DNA from: an uncultured Bacteroidaceae bacterium
GTDB taxonomy: Bacteria; Bacteroidota; Bacteroidia; Bacteroidales; P3
Direction of reading: 5' to 3'
Length of the DNA: 43,988 bases
Assembly: GCA_964474745.1 (NCBI GenBank)
Contig: CAYYUE010000001.1
Coordinates: 1-43,988, forward strand
Both the position numbers and the translations under genes were made by a program. Below, piece after piece: positions 20,701-28,840 of this stretch. The stretch's first letter is position 1, and each line of letters starts with the position of its first letter. The notes beneath the pieces are model-generated. The model worked only from the letters and a program-made list of their open reading frames with translations. It did no database searches and was not told the DNA's origin.

Positions 20701-20906
20701 GCATGCGCCCGATATTCTTAACGTCTGCGACAACTGCTGTAGGTGTTATCCCAATGATTATCAGTATGAATACTTTGTGGATGCCTATGGCCGTGGTTAT
20801 CTTTTTTGGAACACTGTTTTCCATTTTTATGGTAATAACCGTATTGCCGGTTGCTTATTGGAAGGTATACGCCCATACTAAAGTGAAGGCGGCAAAAAGC
20901 GAATGA
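17799..20906 (+). CDS. efflux RND transporter permease (AcrB/HAE family)
   Basis: 1035 aa with 12-TM architecture, two large periplasmic loops and conserved TM4-type VDNSVVVID. Confidence 0.9.
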   Translation: MGKDKKGIIESIMKSYKIVFLIIILLVAYGIYGLVDMDKQEFPEFTIRQGVIGAVYPGATPEEIEEQLTKPLENFLFTFQEVDKKKTYSYTQDGIVYVFVELNKNIHNKNEAWSKIRHGLKDFKMMLPAGVLALVVNDDFGNTSSLLITMQSSDKTYRELQHYMDLLCDKLRTIDAMGNINVIGKQKEEINVYIDKEKLATYGISDKTLMANLYTQGLLTIGGTLATDDMTVPLHVVSPYRSEKEIIEQIVYSDPQGNVVRLKDIARIVRENADPDNYIMKDGQKTLVLSIEMRSGNNIVEFGEEVEAALQDFQRTLPESVSLYRITDLPEVVGNSVYSFLIDLVTSIVIVILVLLILFPLRSALVAAIGIPISTAITLAVMYTFGIEMNTVTLAVLIVVLGMIVDNSVVVIDGYIDLLNRGYSRWDAAVTSANMYFSPLLLATIAISSIFFPFLFTLTGPLGDFIKFFPWSIAVALFISLGISMFLTPYLEYRYIGLQPPNQKVSFVTKIQNRFFCWLQVGYEWVLGRCFKHPYITLGIGFGTVLSAVLIFLNLPMQMMPKAERNCFAVEIYLPSGSPLKQTRAVCDSVEALLKQDKRIESATVFVGTGSPRFMTTYAPNMPTKNYAQFIVNTVSEKATKEVLKAYKDKYDNWFPEAYVRFKQMDYQAVKNPVEVRFMGNDLQELEIYSDSLTRFMHTLDDELSWIHSDHDEYMPTVKIELNQDEATRLGITKAMVSAGLATAFGGTPLTTVWEGDYAVAVKLRLENADSSFSFEDIGNTLISGVVPGVWVPLRQIATLTPDWQPAQIGHRNGVNCITVSADLKYNGSQPKTMKKIQKYIESNLKNQVPEDIKIVYGGLTEVNEETAPEIISGLIAALLIVFFFLVFTFKKISLSLLSMGAMTLCLFGAFLGLWIFGVDVSLTAILGIVSLIGIIVRNAIIMFEYAEELHKGGASAHDAAFEAGKRRMRPIFLTSATTAVGVIPMIISMNTLWMPMAVVIFFGTLFSIFMVITVLPVAYWKVYAHTKVKAAKSE

Positions 20907-20971
20907 AGGAAATGCAACCGTGTGATTTCAACAAAAGGAAATTCTAGTAATGAATGAAAATAAGATAGATA

Positions 20972-22432
20972 ATGAATAAACAATATAAAACACTCATAGA
21001 ATCTAGTTTTTATAGAATTAAAATAAGTACCGTACTTCTAATTTTCGGAGGTGTCCTCAATACGCTTTCGGCACAGGAGGTGAAAATATGGTCTCTTGAT
21101 TCCTGCAAAACATTGGCTTTACAAAATCAGGTGAAACTTAAAAATGCCGATTTGGAAATTGAGGCGGCAAAACAGACTAAAAATGCTGCTTTTACACGCT
21201 ATTTTCCTACGATAAGTGCACAGGGAGCCGCTTATGTATTTCGGCAACCGTTTGTAGATGTCAATTCTTCGGAATCGGATTTGGATGTAACGCTTTCATA
21301 CAACGGTGTTACATTAAGCGAAGCATTGCAATCTCTTTCCACTCAATTGTCGCCTATTTTAGGTATATTGGGTATCGACCTGAATACGATGATGGAATCG
21401 TTTAGAGAGGGATTTCAAGTGGAAGCTAGCATGATTGAAAGGGGCATGGTAGGGGGTGTAACGGCTTTACAGCCTATTTTTGCCGGAGGACGTATTGTAA
21501 ATGGAAATAAATTGGCGGCATTGGGTATAGAAGCTTCTTTATACCAAAAGGAAGCCATCCAAAAGGAAGTTCTTTTAAAAACCGAACAAAGCTATTGGTT
21601 TGTTATTTCCTTACAAGAAAAAATGAAAACGATAGATCAATTGTCGGTATTGTTGGATACGCTTTATAGAGATGTAAAGACGGCTTATGATGCGGGATTG
21701 GTTCCCAAAAACGATCTGTTAAAGGTAAAACTGAAACAAAATGAGATTCGTTCTGCTTACATAGCCCTTAAAAATGGAATTGCATTGGCTCGGATGTCTT
21801 TGTGTCAATATATCGGAGAAGCCTATACTGAACATATCGTATTATCCGATTCGTTGCGTGAGATACAGCCTCCCTGGGGTTTGAAAACCGATTTTGGGCA
21901 ATCCGTTATGCAACGTACCGAATACAAATTATTGGATTTGAATGTAAAAGTGGAACGTGTGAAGAAAAATATGATTATGGGAGAGGCTTTACCTCAACTG
22001 GCTATCGGCGGAGGGTTGCTGTATAACAATATTTTTGGGGGCGACGCTACCAATGCGGTTTTATTTGCAACGGCATCTATTCCTCTTACTGCATGGTGGG
22101 AAACAAGCCACCAAATAAAAAAACAAAAAATAAAATTGCAGATTGCCGAAAATACGAAAACCGATTTTTCTCAATTGCTGCAATTACAAATGCAACAAAC
22201 GTGGAACGAAGTAGAAGAAACGTATAATCAAATTGCATTAAAAACCGAAGCGGTAGAAGAAGCTCAGGAGAATCTGATTTCGACACAACATTATTATGAA
22301 GCCGGAATGGTGAGCTTATCCGATTTTTTGGAGGCGCAAACATTGCTGCAACAAAGTAGAGATCAGTATATCGAACAATGTATTACGTATAAGGTAAAGC
22401 TGATGCAGTATCGCCTGTTTTTCCATGAATAG
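20972..22432 (+). CDS. TolC family outer-membrane efflux protein
   Basis: 486 aa. Signal peptide and duplicated coiled-coil/beta-barrel repeat pattern. Third gene of the efflux set. Confidence 0.85.
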   Translation: MNKQYKTLIESSFYRIKISTVLLIFGGVLNTLSAQEVKIWSLDSCKTLALQNQVKLKNADLEIEAAKQTKNAAFTRYFPTISAQGAAYVFRQPFVDVNSSESDLDVTLSYNGVTLSEALQSLSTQLSPILGILGIDLNTMMESFREGFQVEASMIERGMVGGVTALQPIFAGGRIVNGNKLAALGIEASLYQKEAIQKEVLLKTEQSYWFVISLQEKMKTIDQLSVLLDTLYRDVKTAYDAGLVPKNDLLKVKLKQNEIRSAYIALKNGIALARMSLCQYIGEAYTEHIVLSDSLREIQPPWGLKTDFGQSVMQRTEYKLLDLNVKVERVKKNMIMGEALPQLAIGGGLLYNNIFGGDATNAVLFATASIPLTAWWETSHQIKKQKIKLQIAENTKTDFSQLLQLQMQQTWNEVEETYNQIALKTEAVEEAQENLISTQHYYEAGMVSLSDFLEAQTLLQQSRDQYIEQCITYKVKLMQYRLFFHE

Positions 22433-22540
22433 GCGGTTCATGTTGGTGCGTTTTTCAGAATTGTACTGTTAAGGACTCGATTCGGGTTGTAGAAATACGA
22501 AAAGAAATAAAATTGAGTTATTAAAGCAAAAATATGCACT

Positions 22541-23884
22541 ATGAGAAGATTTTTTATACTCTTGTTGATTGGTTTTACAACCTATACGTTTGCACAAGAA
22601 ACTACCAAAGTATACCTTTTTAAACTTCAGGAAGAGATTGCGAAACCGGCAGTAATGCGAGTGGAGCGAGCTCTTGAAAAAGCGGAAAAAGAGCATGCCG
22701 ATGTTGTTATTATGCAATTGAATACGTTTGGAGGAGAATTGGAGTCTGCCGATAAAATAAGAACGCTGTTGCTGGAATCGAAAATTCCCGTTTGGGCTTA
22801 TATCGACAACAATGCTGCATCGGCGGGAGCATTGATCTCCATTGCTTGCGACAGTATTTATATGCGGTCCGGATCGAGTATCGGTGCTGCAACGGTGGTC
22901 AACCAAACGGGAGAGGTGCAACCCGATAAATACCAGAGTTATATGCGTTCCATGATGCGTTCTACTGCCGAAGCTCGCGGGCGTAGACCCGATATCGCCG
23001 AGGCAATGGTTGATCAGGATGTATATGTGAAAGGTATTTCCGATAGCGGGAAGGTTCTTACTTTTACTACGGTGGAAGCCATCCAGTATGGTTATTGCCA
23101 AGGGCAGGCCGAAAGCGTAGAGGAGGTGCTCAAACAGGCAGGTGTTCAGAAATATACTATAGAAGAGCAACGGTATTCAGCTATCGAAAAAGTGATCGGC
23201 TTTTTAATTAGCCCCATGGTTAGCGGATTGTTGATTATGCTCATTATCGGAGGAATTTATTTTGAATTTCAGTCGCCTGGAATAGGATTTCCGTTAGCCG
23301 TAGCTATATTGGGAGCGTTGTTGTATTTTGCGCCTTTGTACCTTGAAGGGTTGGCGGCAAATTGGGAAATCATTATTTTTGCTGTCGGTTTGCTGTTGTT
23401 GGCATTGGAATTTTTTGTCATACCCGGCTTTGGGGTGGCAGGTGTTGCCGGCATTATCTGTGTACTTGGCGGGTTGGCTTTGAGCTTGATCGGAAATGTC
23501 GGTTTTGATTTTTCGGGAATACCCGCTATGGATATTATTCGCAGTTTTTGCATTGTCATAGTGGCGTTTACCATCGCTTTTCCCCTTTCCATATGGTTGG
23601 GAAAAAAATTGTTTACGAATCGTTTGTTTGGAAATAAATTGGCGTTAAGTACCGTACAAAATGCTTCTGACGGATATACCGTATTGCAACCGGAGTTCTC
23701 ATCTATCGTAGGAAAAATAGGAGTGGCTCAAACCCTATTACGCCCTTCGGGTAAAATCTTTATAGATGAAAACGTATACGATGCCGTTGCGCAAGTGGGA
23801 TATATAGAAAAAGGAGAAACGGTTCGTATAGTAGGGTATGAAAATTCAAATTTGATAGTGATAAAAACTGAACTGGAGTTGTAA
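22541..23884 (+). CDS. NfeD family membrane-bound ClpP-class serine protease
   Basis: 447 aa. Signal peptide, ClpP-like domain (NTFGGE, AASAGALIS), a multi-TM middle section and a C-terminal OB-fold NfeD domain. Confidence 0.8.
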   Translation: MRRFFILLLIGFTTYTFAQETTKVYLFKLQEEIAKPAVMRVERALEKAEKEHADVVIMQLNTFGGELESADKIRTLLLESKIPVWAYIDNNAASAGALISIACDSIYMRSGSSIGAATVVNQTGEVQPDKYQSYMRSMMRSTAEARGRRPDIAEAMVDQDVYVKGISDSGKVLTFTTVEAIQYGYCQGQAESVEEVLKQAGVQKYTIEEQRYSAIEKVIGFLISPMVSGLLIMLIIGGIYFEFQSPGIGFPLAVAILGALLYFAPLYLEGLAANWEIIIFAVGLLLLALEFFVIPGFGVAGVAGIICVLGGLALSLIGNVGFDFSGIPAMDIIRSFCIVIVAFTIAFPLSIWLGKKLFTNRLFGNKLALSTVQNASDGYTVLQPEFSSIVGKIGVAQTLLRPSGKIFIDENVYDAVAQVGYIEKGETVRIVGYENSNLIVIKTELEL

Positions 23885-23916
23885 ATACACTGTATATAAT
23901 ACATCAATAACCCTAT

Positions 23917-23957
23917 AAACTTCTTATATGTAATTCATACATATAAGAAGTTTTTTT
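23917..23957. terminator. bidirectional rho-independent terminator between convergent nfeD and trkA
   Basis: 16-bp perfect stem AAACTTCTTATATGTA/TACATATAAGAAGTTT (23917-23932 / 23938-23953), 5-nt loop, then TTTT. Confidence 0.8.
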
Positions 23958-23958
23958 A

Positions 23959-24648
23959 TCAGATGGATTTCAACATTTTCCTGATATTTTCTTTGCAGCC
24001 GAAAATAATTATTAAATCGTCTTCTTGCAGTTTGTATTGAGGTAATTTATCGCTCTCAATTGCAACATATTGAAATGATGTTTTATTGAAAATATTCTTT
24101 GAGGCAACTCTTTGTGATATGCTTATAATTTGAACGGCAAATTCTTTTTCAATATTGATTTCATTTATGGTATATCCTATAAATAGGGAGGGTATGGGAA
24201 ATTTAATGATGCAATGTTTGTTTCCCGTATCCATAGATATAATGCTTCTTCCAAACTCAATAGCATGCGCTATTTGCTTTGCGGCAGATATTTCAGGAGT
24301 AAAAATTTGTTCGACATGTAAAGATTCTAAAATAATTTTATGAGTGTCGGAAAAGGCTCTGGCATAAATGCAAGAAACATGTAAGTGCCTTAGTTTTGCA
24401 ACCACTTCGATGGAAATTCCCAAATCTTTTCCAATGGCAACAAAGACGGCGTCGACACTAGGAAAGGGTAATATTTTCAATGCCTCTATATCTGTTGCAT
24501 CCAATTGGTATGCCGATGTAATTCGAGTACTTAATTCATTAATCTTGTTATTTTTAATATCGATACCGATAACCTCATGTCCCAGTTCTGTAAGTTCTAC
24601 AGCCAACTGAGCTCCAAAATTTCCTAGTCCGATGACAATATATTTCAT
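23959..24648 (-). CDS. trkA: Trk/Ktr potassium uptake NAD-binding subunit
   Basis: 229 aa. Rossmann motif VIGLGNFG followed by an RCK_C-like domain. The start lies 5 nt after the trkH stop. Confidence 0.85.
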   Translation of the reverse strand: MKYIVIGLGNFGAQLAVELTELGHEVIGIDIKNNKINELSTRITSAYQLDATDIEALKILPFPSVDAVFVAIGKDLGISIEVVAKLRHLHVSCIYARAFSDTHKIILESLHVEQIFTPEISAAKQIAHAIEFGRSIISMDTGNKHCIIKFPIPSLFIGYTINEINIEKEFAVQIISISQRVASKNIFNKTSFQYVAIESDKLPQYKLQEDDLIIIFGCKENIRKMLKSI

Positions 24649-24652
24649 ATAC

Positions 24653-26425
24653 TTAGTTTATAATTATATTTGTAACAGGTAGACGATAATTCGTTGATTT
24701 TTGAAGTTTTACTATGCCCATAAAGAAGGATAGGAACCCAATTCGCCCGATAAACATCAATCCGATAAGAACCAATTTTGATCCTTGTTCCAAATACGGA
24801 GTAATATTCATGCTTAGCCCCGTAGTAGTCATTGCAGACATGCATTCAAAAACAATGCTGATAAAAGACATGTCGTGTTCTATGCAAAGAAGGATAAATA
24901 CGGATACAATCAGAAGGAGGATCGATATAAATACGGTTGCGAACGCTCTCAGGATGGACGTATTTTCAATTTCATAGTTTTTCATTTCAATGTATGATTT
25001 TCCTTTCAGAATACTTCGTACCGTATACAGAGCGACGGCAAGAACATTTACTTTGATACCTCCTGCTGTGGATTGCGCGCCTCCTCCGATCCACATGAGG
25101 ACAATCAATATAAAAATAGTGGGGAAGGAGAGAAGTCCGATATCCATATTGTTGAATCCGGCCGTACGTGACGAAGCGGATAGGAAGAACGCGTGGGTGA
25201 TTTTATCGAAAACAGGGAAATGGGCAAGATTGTTATTCCACTCCAAAAGCAGAATCAATAAACCTCCGGAAATCAATAGTATTAACGAAAGGGATACGAT
25301 AATTTTGCTATTGAGGTTCATATATCCAAATTTTGACTTGGGGCTGTTTATTGAATTGAATTTAAAGAACTTGCTTATCCTGGAAAAAAGGGATTGTACA
25401 AAATTGGCTAATATGGGGAATCCTATTCCTCCGAAAAATATCAAACCGGATAAGATCCAATACAGAGAGCCGTTGTGTATAAGGGCAGTGCTGCTCATTC
25501 CGTCCGGAAGCGTCGAAAAACCGGCGTTGCAAAATGCCGAAATGGAATGGAATATACAAAAAAAGAAGGTTTCGTCCATCGGCAAATTCAAGCTGCTGCC
25601 CACGGAAAACCAAATTAACAAGGCTCCAACCCCTTCCAGTATTAAAGTAATTCCAAATACGTAAAGCAACATTTTTAATAACGAACCCATAATATCGGCA
25701 TTGAGAATATGGTTTAGTTTGTATTGCGTGGAAATAGAAGTTGCTCCTCCGAAAAATACTCCGAAAAAACTTGTAATGGTCATCACTCCAAGGCCTCCGA
25801 TTTGTATTAATAGCATCAGGACAAGCTGGCCTTGGTGAGTAAAAACTTCGGCTATGTTTAAAGGGGTTAACCCTGTTACGCAAACGGCACTCGTAGCAAT
25901 AAAAAGGCTGTCGATAAAGCGAATGTCTTCTGCGGTAGATCGGGGTAGCAAAAGAAGGCACGTGCCCGCGGCAATCAAAAAAAAGAAGCTTAACGACATG
26001 AGCAGGAAAGGATTCATGCGTTTGGTAACCATCTCTATGACGAATTTGGCTAAAAATGCGATAGAAGATATGTTAACCAATAACAATTTGTACATATGAG
26101 TATTGAAAATACCGAATTCCGGTATATGTCCCAATAGAAATAAAAAATAAGGAATGAATACCCACAAGTAACGTGATTTTCTTTTTAACGTCTTGAGTGA
26201 AAACTCCGTGAAGAAATCGAATAGCAAATAAAAAAAGAAGACGAAAAGAGAGACGCTATTGAGTCCGTATATTATTTCCTTTACATATGGTTCTGTTGTA
26301 AAGCCAAACAATACAATGGCACTGAAAATATTGAAAATACAGAGTGTAATAACAACACGAATGAATACTTTTCGTAATGATTTTGCGATACGTTCTTTAT
26401 ATTTATTCGGATATAAAAAGATCAT
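24653..26425 (-). CDS. trkH: TrkH/KtrB family potassium transporter membrane subunit
   Basis: 590-aa polytopic ORF with repeated pore-loop-like segments (VCVTGLT, RTAGFN, STAGGIKV, TTTGLS). Confidence 0.85.
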   Translation of the reverse strand: MIFLYPNKYKERIAKSLRKVFIRVVITLCIFNIFSAIVLFGFTTEPYVKEIIYGLNSVSLFVFFFYLLFDFFTEFSLKTLKRKSRYLWVFIPYFLFLLGHIPEFGIFNTHMYKLLLVNISSIAFLAKFVIEMVTKRMNPFLLMSLSFFFLIAAGTCLLLLPRSTAEDIRFIDSLFIATSAVCVTGLTPLNIAEVFTHQGQLVLMLLIQIGGLGVMTITSFFGVFFGGATSISTQYKLNHILNADIMGSLLKMLLYVFGITLILEGVGALLIWFSVGSSLNLPMDETFFFCIFHSISAFCNAGFSTLPDGMSSTALIHNGSLYWILSGLIFFGGIGFPILANFVQSLFSRISKFFKFNSINSPKSKFGYMNLNSKIIVSLSLILLISGGLLILLLEWNNNLAHFPVFDKITHAFFLSASSRTAGFNNMDIGLLSFPTIFILIVLMWIGGGAQSTAGGIKVNVLAVALYTVRSILKGKSYIEMKNYEIENTSILRAFATVFISILLLIVSVFILLCIEHDMSFISIVFECMSAMTTTGLSMNITPYLEQGSKLVLIGLMFIGRIGFLSFFMGIVKLQKSTNYRLPVTNIIIN

Positions 26426-26635
26426 AAGTGTAGGTGCTTATTGCTGTATTTTATATGAATTTGTATTTCCTCCAATTCTTTTTTTTATCTGAGAATTGCC
26501 GTATAAAAAAGATGGATACAACATACCTTTTGTACTCCAGATCAATGAATATGGAAGAAGATCCGTTCATGATATATCGTGCAAGTAGTATATTTTTTCC
26601 ATATTCGTTTATTTATATTTTTCTTTATTCCGGTG

Positions 26636-26643
26636 CAAAGATA
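26636..26643 (-). promoter_or_regulatory. candidate -7 promoter box TATCTTTG for trkHA
   Basis: Reverse complement of CAAAGATA, 211 nt upstream of the trkH ATG. This implies a long leader. Confidence 0.4.
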
Positions 26644-26759
26644 CGATATGAAAACGAGAATAGAAGCAAAATAGAAAAAGAATGTTGTAAATAAGAGTTT
26701 GAACGAATCGTTGAAGTAGAGGAAATGCTGACGATAAATAGACTTTCATTTCTACACAA

Positions 26760-26927
26760 ATGGATAACCTGATACCCGCTAGCAGAAACTCCATCTTATA
26801 CAGGGCATGTTTGTCGGATGCGGGTAATTTTTCGGAGCGGATCGAACAAAAGATTTTCCATGCAGAAATTGTCGTCGATAGCGTATGGGTAGCAATCGAA
26901 GGAAAGCTCTATAAGAAAATGACCTAA
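26760..26927 (+). CDS. hypothetical small ORF (55 aa)
   Basis: ATG-to-TAA frame read by hand (MDNLIPASRNSILYRACLSDAGNFSERIEQKIFHAEIVVDSVWVAIEGKLYKKMT). No family recognised. Too short for the ORF track. Confidence 0.2.
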   Translation: MDNLIPASRNSILYRACLSDAGNFSERIEQKIFHAEIVVDSVWVAIEGKLYKKMT

Positions 26928-26939
26928 GGAGAATAGGGC

Positions 26940-27035
26940 ATGGATAGAGTGAAGGAGCAGATACAGGGAAATTGCAACCGTATCAAAGCCGAGGTGAAAC
27001 AGATTGTAGGAGATGAGATACAGCGTATTAAGTAA
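26940..27035 (+). CDS. hypothetical small ORF (31 aa) with Shine-Dalgarno
   Basis: AAGGAG at 26926-26931 lies 8 nt upstream of the ATG. Product MDRVKEQIQGNCNRIKAEVKQIVGDEIQRIK looks like a charged helix. Followed by the hairpin at 27067-27094. Confidence 0.25.
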   Translation: MDRVKEQIQGNCNRIKAEVKQIVGDEIQRIK

Positions 27036-27530
27036 TTAAAATCAGTTCATTGCTTCGCTCTATCTTCATTCTGCGTTACTACTAATGCAGAATGAAAATC
27101 ATGTTTTTAGAGACGAAAAAATCAAAAATCGAAAACTCGTGATCTTGTTAAATCCGGGTGAGGACGGCAGGTTAAGAATCGTTACCAGTATCGAACCGCA
27201 CGACAGACTGAATACGGTCGGTCCGACAAAAAGAATGCGGACAAGTTTCGAACCGCTAACCTGTGTGGCAACGTGTTTAAAAATTTCTTTAGCAAATTTT
27301 CTGCACAGTGTGAAAAACCTTCTCTCACTCGGCTTTATGCCGTCACACCAAGTGCTTTCGACAAAGTAGCGGGCTTCCCGGAGAAAATTATCGGCATTGA
27401 TCCTGATGACAAGATACTCGATCGCTACAAAGTAAAACCGGAGGCAGAGCCCGAAAAGCAATTCCAGAGACAACAGAAGCGAAAACCGCTTAGCCTATGG
27501 TCATTTCGGTATGTGAAGCGATATCGTTAT

Positions 27531-28109
27531 TTATTTTTTTCCGTACATACAGTTCGTCAGGTGATCGTTGATAAACCCGGAAGCTTGCAAGTGGGCGTAA
27601 CAAATCGTAGTTCCGAAGAATTTGAATCCCCGCTTTTTCATATCCCTGCTCATGGCATCGGATTCGGGAGAGGAGGCCGGAATCTCACTCAATGACCGAA
27701 AGGTGTTGATAATCGGTTTTCTGTCGGGAAAGAACGATAGTGTGTAGTCATAAAAACTACCGAACTCCTTTTGTATGGCAAGGAATAGCTTTGCATTGGT
27801 GATGGTCGATTTGATCTTCAGGCGGTTTTTCACAATGCCCTCAAACTGCATCAATCGTTCAACATCTTCATCGGTCATTTGCGCCACCAGTTCGGCGTCG
27901 AAATCACAAAAAGCTTTGCGATACCCCTCACGCTTTCTAAGGATCGTTATCCAGCTCAATCCGGCTTGGGCACTCTCCAGCACAAGAAACTCGAACAGCA
28001 TCTTGTCGTCGGTCACCAATTTTCCCCACTCTTGATCGTGATATTTCACATACAACTCGTCGGTTCCGCACCAACCACAGCGCCCGTTTATTATATCTTG
28101 CATAATCAT
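27531..28109 (-). CDS. tag: DNA-3-methyladenine glycosylase I
   Basis: RCGWCG, YHDQEWG and ESAQAGLSWITILRKREGYRKAF motifs align with the Tag family. The ATG at 28109 is preferred because the TTG at 28130 lies within the promoter box. Confidence 0.9.
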   Translation of the reverse strand: MIMQDIINGRCGWCGTDELYVKYHDQEWGKLVTDDKMLFEFLVLESAQAGLSWITILRKREGYRKAFCDFDAELVAQMTDEDVERLMQFEGIVKNRLKIKSTITNAKLFLAIQKEFGSFYDYTLSFFPDRKPIINTFRSLSEIPASSPESDAMSRDMKKRGFKFFGTTICYAHLQASGFINDHLTNCMYGKK

Positions 28110-28127
28110 ACTATTTGTAATACGTTG

Positions 28128-28135
28128 CAAAGATA
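28128..28135 (-). promoter_or_regulatory. Bacteroidota -7 promoter box TATCTTTG for tag
   Basis: Reverse complement of CAAAGATA, about 19 nt upstream of the ATG at 28109. Confidence 0.55.
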
Positions 28136-28228
28136 CACATATATTACTACAGTATACATTGTTTGCTTAAAATGTTCTTTTTGAGGTATTTCTAATATAT
28201 GGAAGGAACATATGTATAGTATTCTTAT

Positions 28229-28272
28229 AGTACTTCCGTTCATTTTTTCATGAAAAAATGAACGGAAGTACT
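28229..28272. repeat. perfect 44-bp palindrome (20-bp arms around CATG)
   Basis: AGTACTTCCGTTCATTTTTTCATGAAAAAATGAACGGAAGTACT is identical to its reverse complement. Confidence 0.95.
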
Positions 28273-28840
28273 AATATTGAGCATCGGCCTAAAATGGATC
28301 TCGCTTTTTGAATAGGTTTGTCATTTGATACAGAGAAATAACATCATGGAGATTGTATATTGCGGATCGAGAATTTTTGAGAATTTTGAAACCATAACCG
28401 AAAAAACCTCTTTTTTGTAAGAAAACGAAGGGCAAACCTCCGGGTGGAATAAAGGGCAAAGATTTCCCGATCGCGGTATGTGGAAATTCAAACTCTTTGA
28501 AATAGGGTGGGTGCTTCCGGATCCAATTTCATAGCAATTTCTTTTCATTATGATACATTCAGATTGTGGATTTATTTATTTTGTATACAATGACTTATAC
28601 AGATTTTCTAAAGAAATGATCAAAATAAATAGAGGAATACATATACGTCTTTTGCAAATTGAAAATTTCTCTTCGTTTAAGGATGTATCGTTGTATGAAA
28701 ATGAAGAATCGATGGCGTGCCGATTGCGAGCATCGTACGGAACGTAAAAACTGGATATTTGTTGAAAATGAAACAGTTGAATGATTTGTGTGCCGCTTCG
28801 TGAACTTGTGTATATATATAAATGAAATAGCCAAGTATGC

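Noticed and set aside
17871-20824. Minus-strand ORFs of 161-207 aa inside the RND permease gene (17871-18446, 18629-19252, 20339-20824)
   Set aside because: These are shadow ORFs antisense to a well-supported 1035-aa CDS, with low-complexity translations and no motifs.
22469-23170. 233-aa minus-strand ORF overlapping the nfeD 5' half
   Set aside because: It is antisense to a motif-supported CDS, its Cys/His/Arg-rich translation looks random, and no promoter box is present.
24990-25961. 224-aa (+) and 199-aa (-) ORFs inside trkH
   Set aside because: These are alternative-frame or antisense shadows of the 590-aa transporter gene. Their translations lack any membrane or enzyme features.
26426-26643. 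c-di-AMP (ydaO/kimA-type) riboswitch upstream of trkH
   Set aside because: The leader is extremely AT-rich and lacks the conserved GC-rich core segments of that motif. Only a generic hairpin is visible.
26434-26794. 86-aa (+) and 61-aa (-) ORFs just upstream of trkH
   Set aside because: The translations are extremely AT-rich and low-complexity, and they lie in the probable trkH promoter/leader region. No motifs are present.
27184-27256. tRNA-like T-arm sequences on the minus strand (GGTTCGAAAC / GGTTCGATAC)
   Set aside because: The flanking bases do not form 5-bp T stems, acceptor stems or anticodon arms. I could not fold a cloverleaf on either strand.
28321-28548. 75-aa ATG ORF on the minus strand
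   Set aside because: The composition is not protein-like, no motif is present, and it overlaps a more protein-like start-less frame. It is probably spurious.
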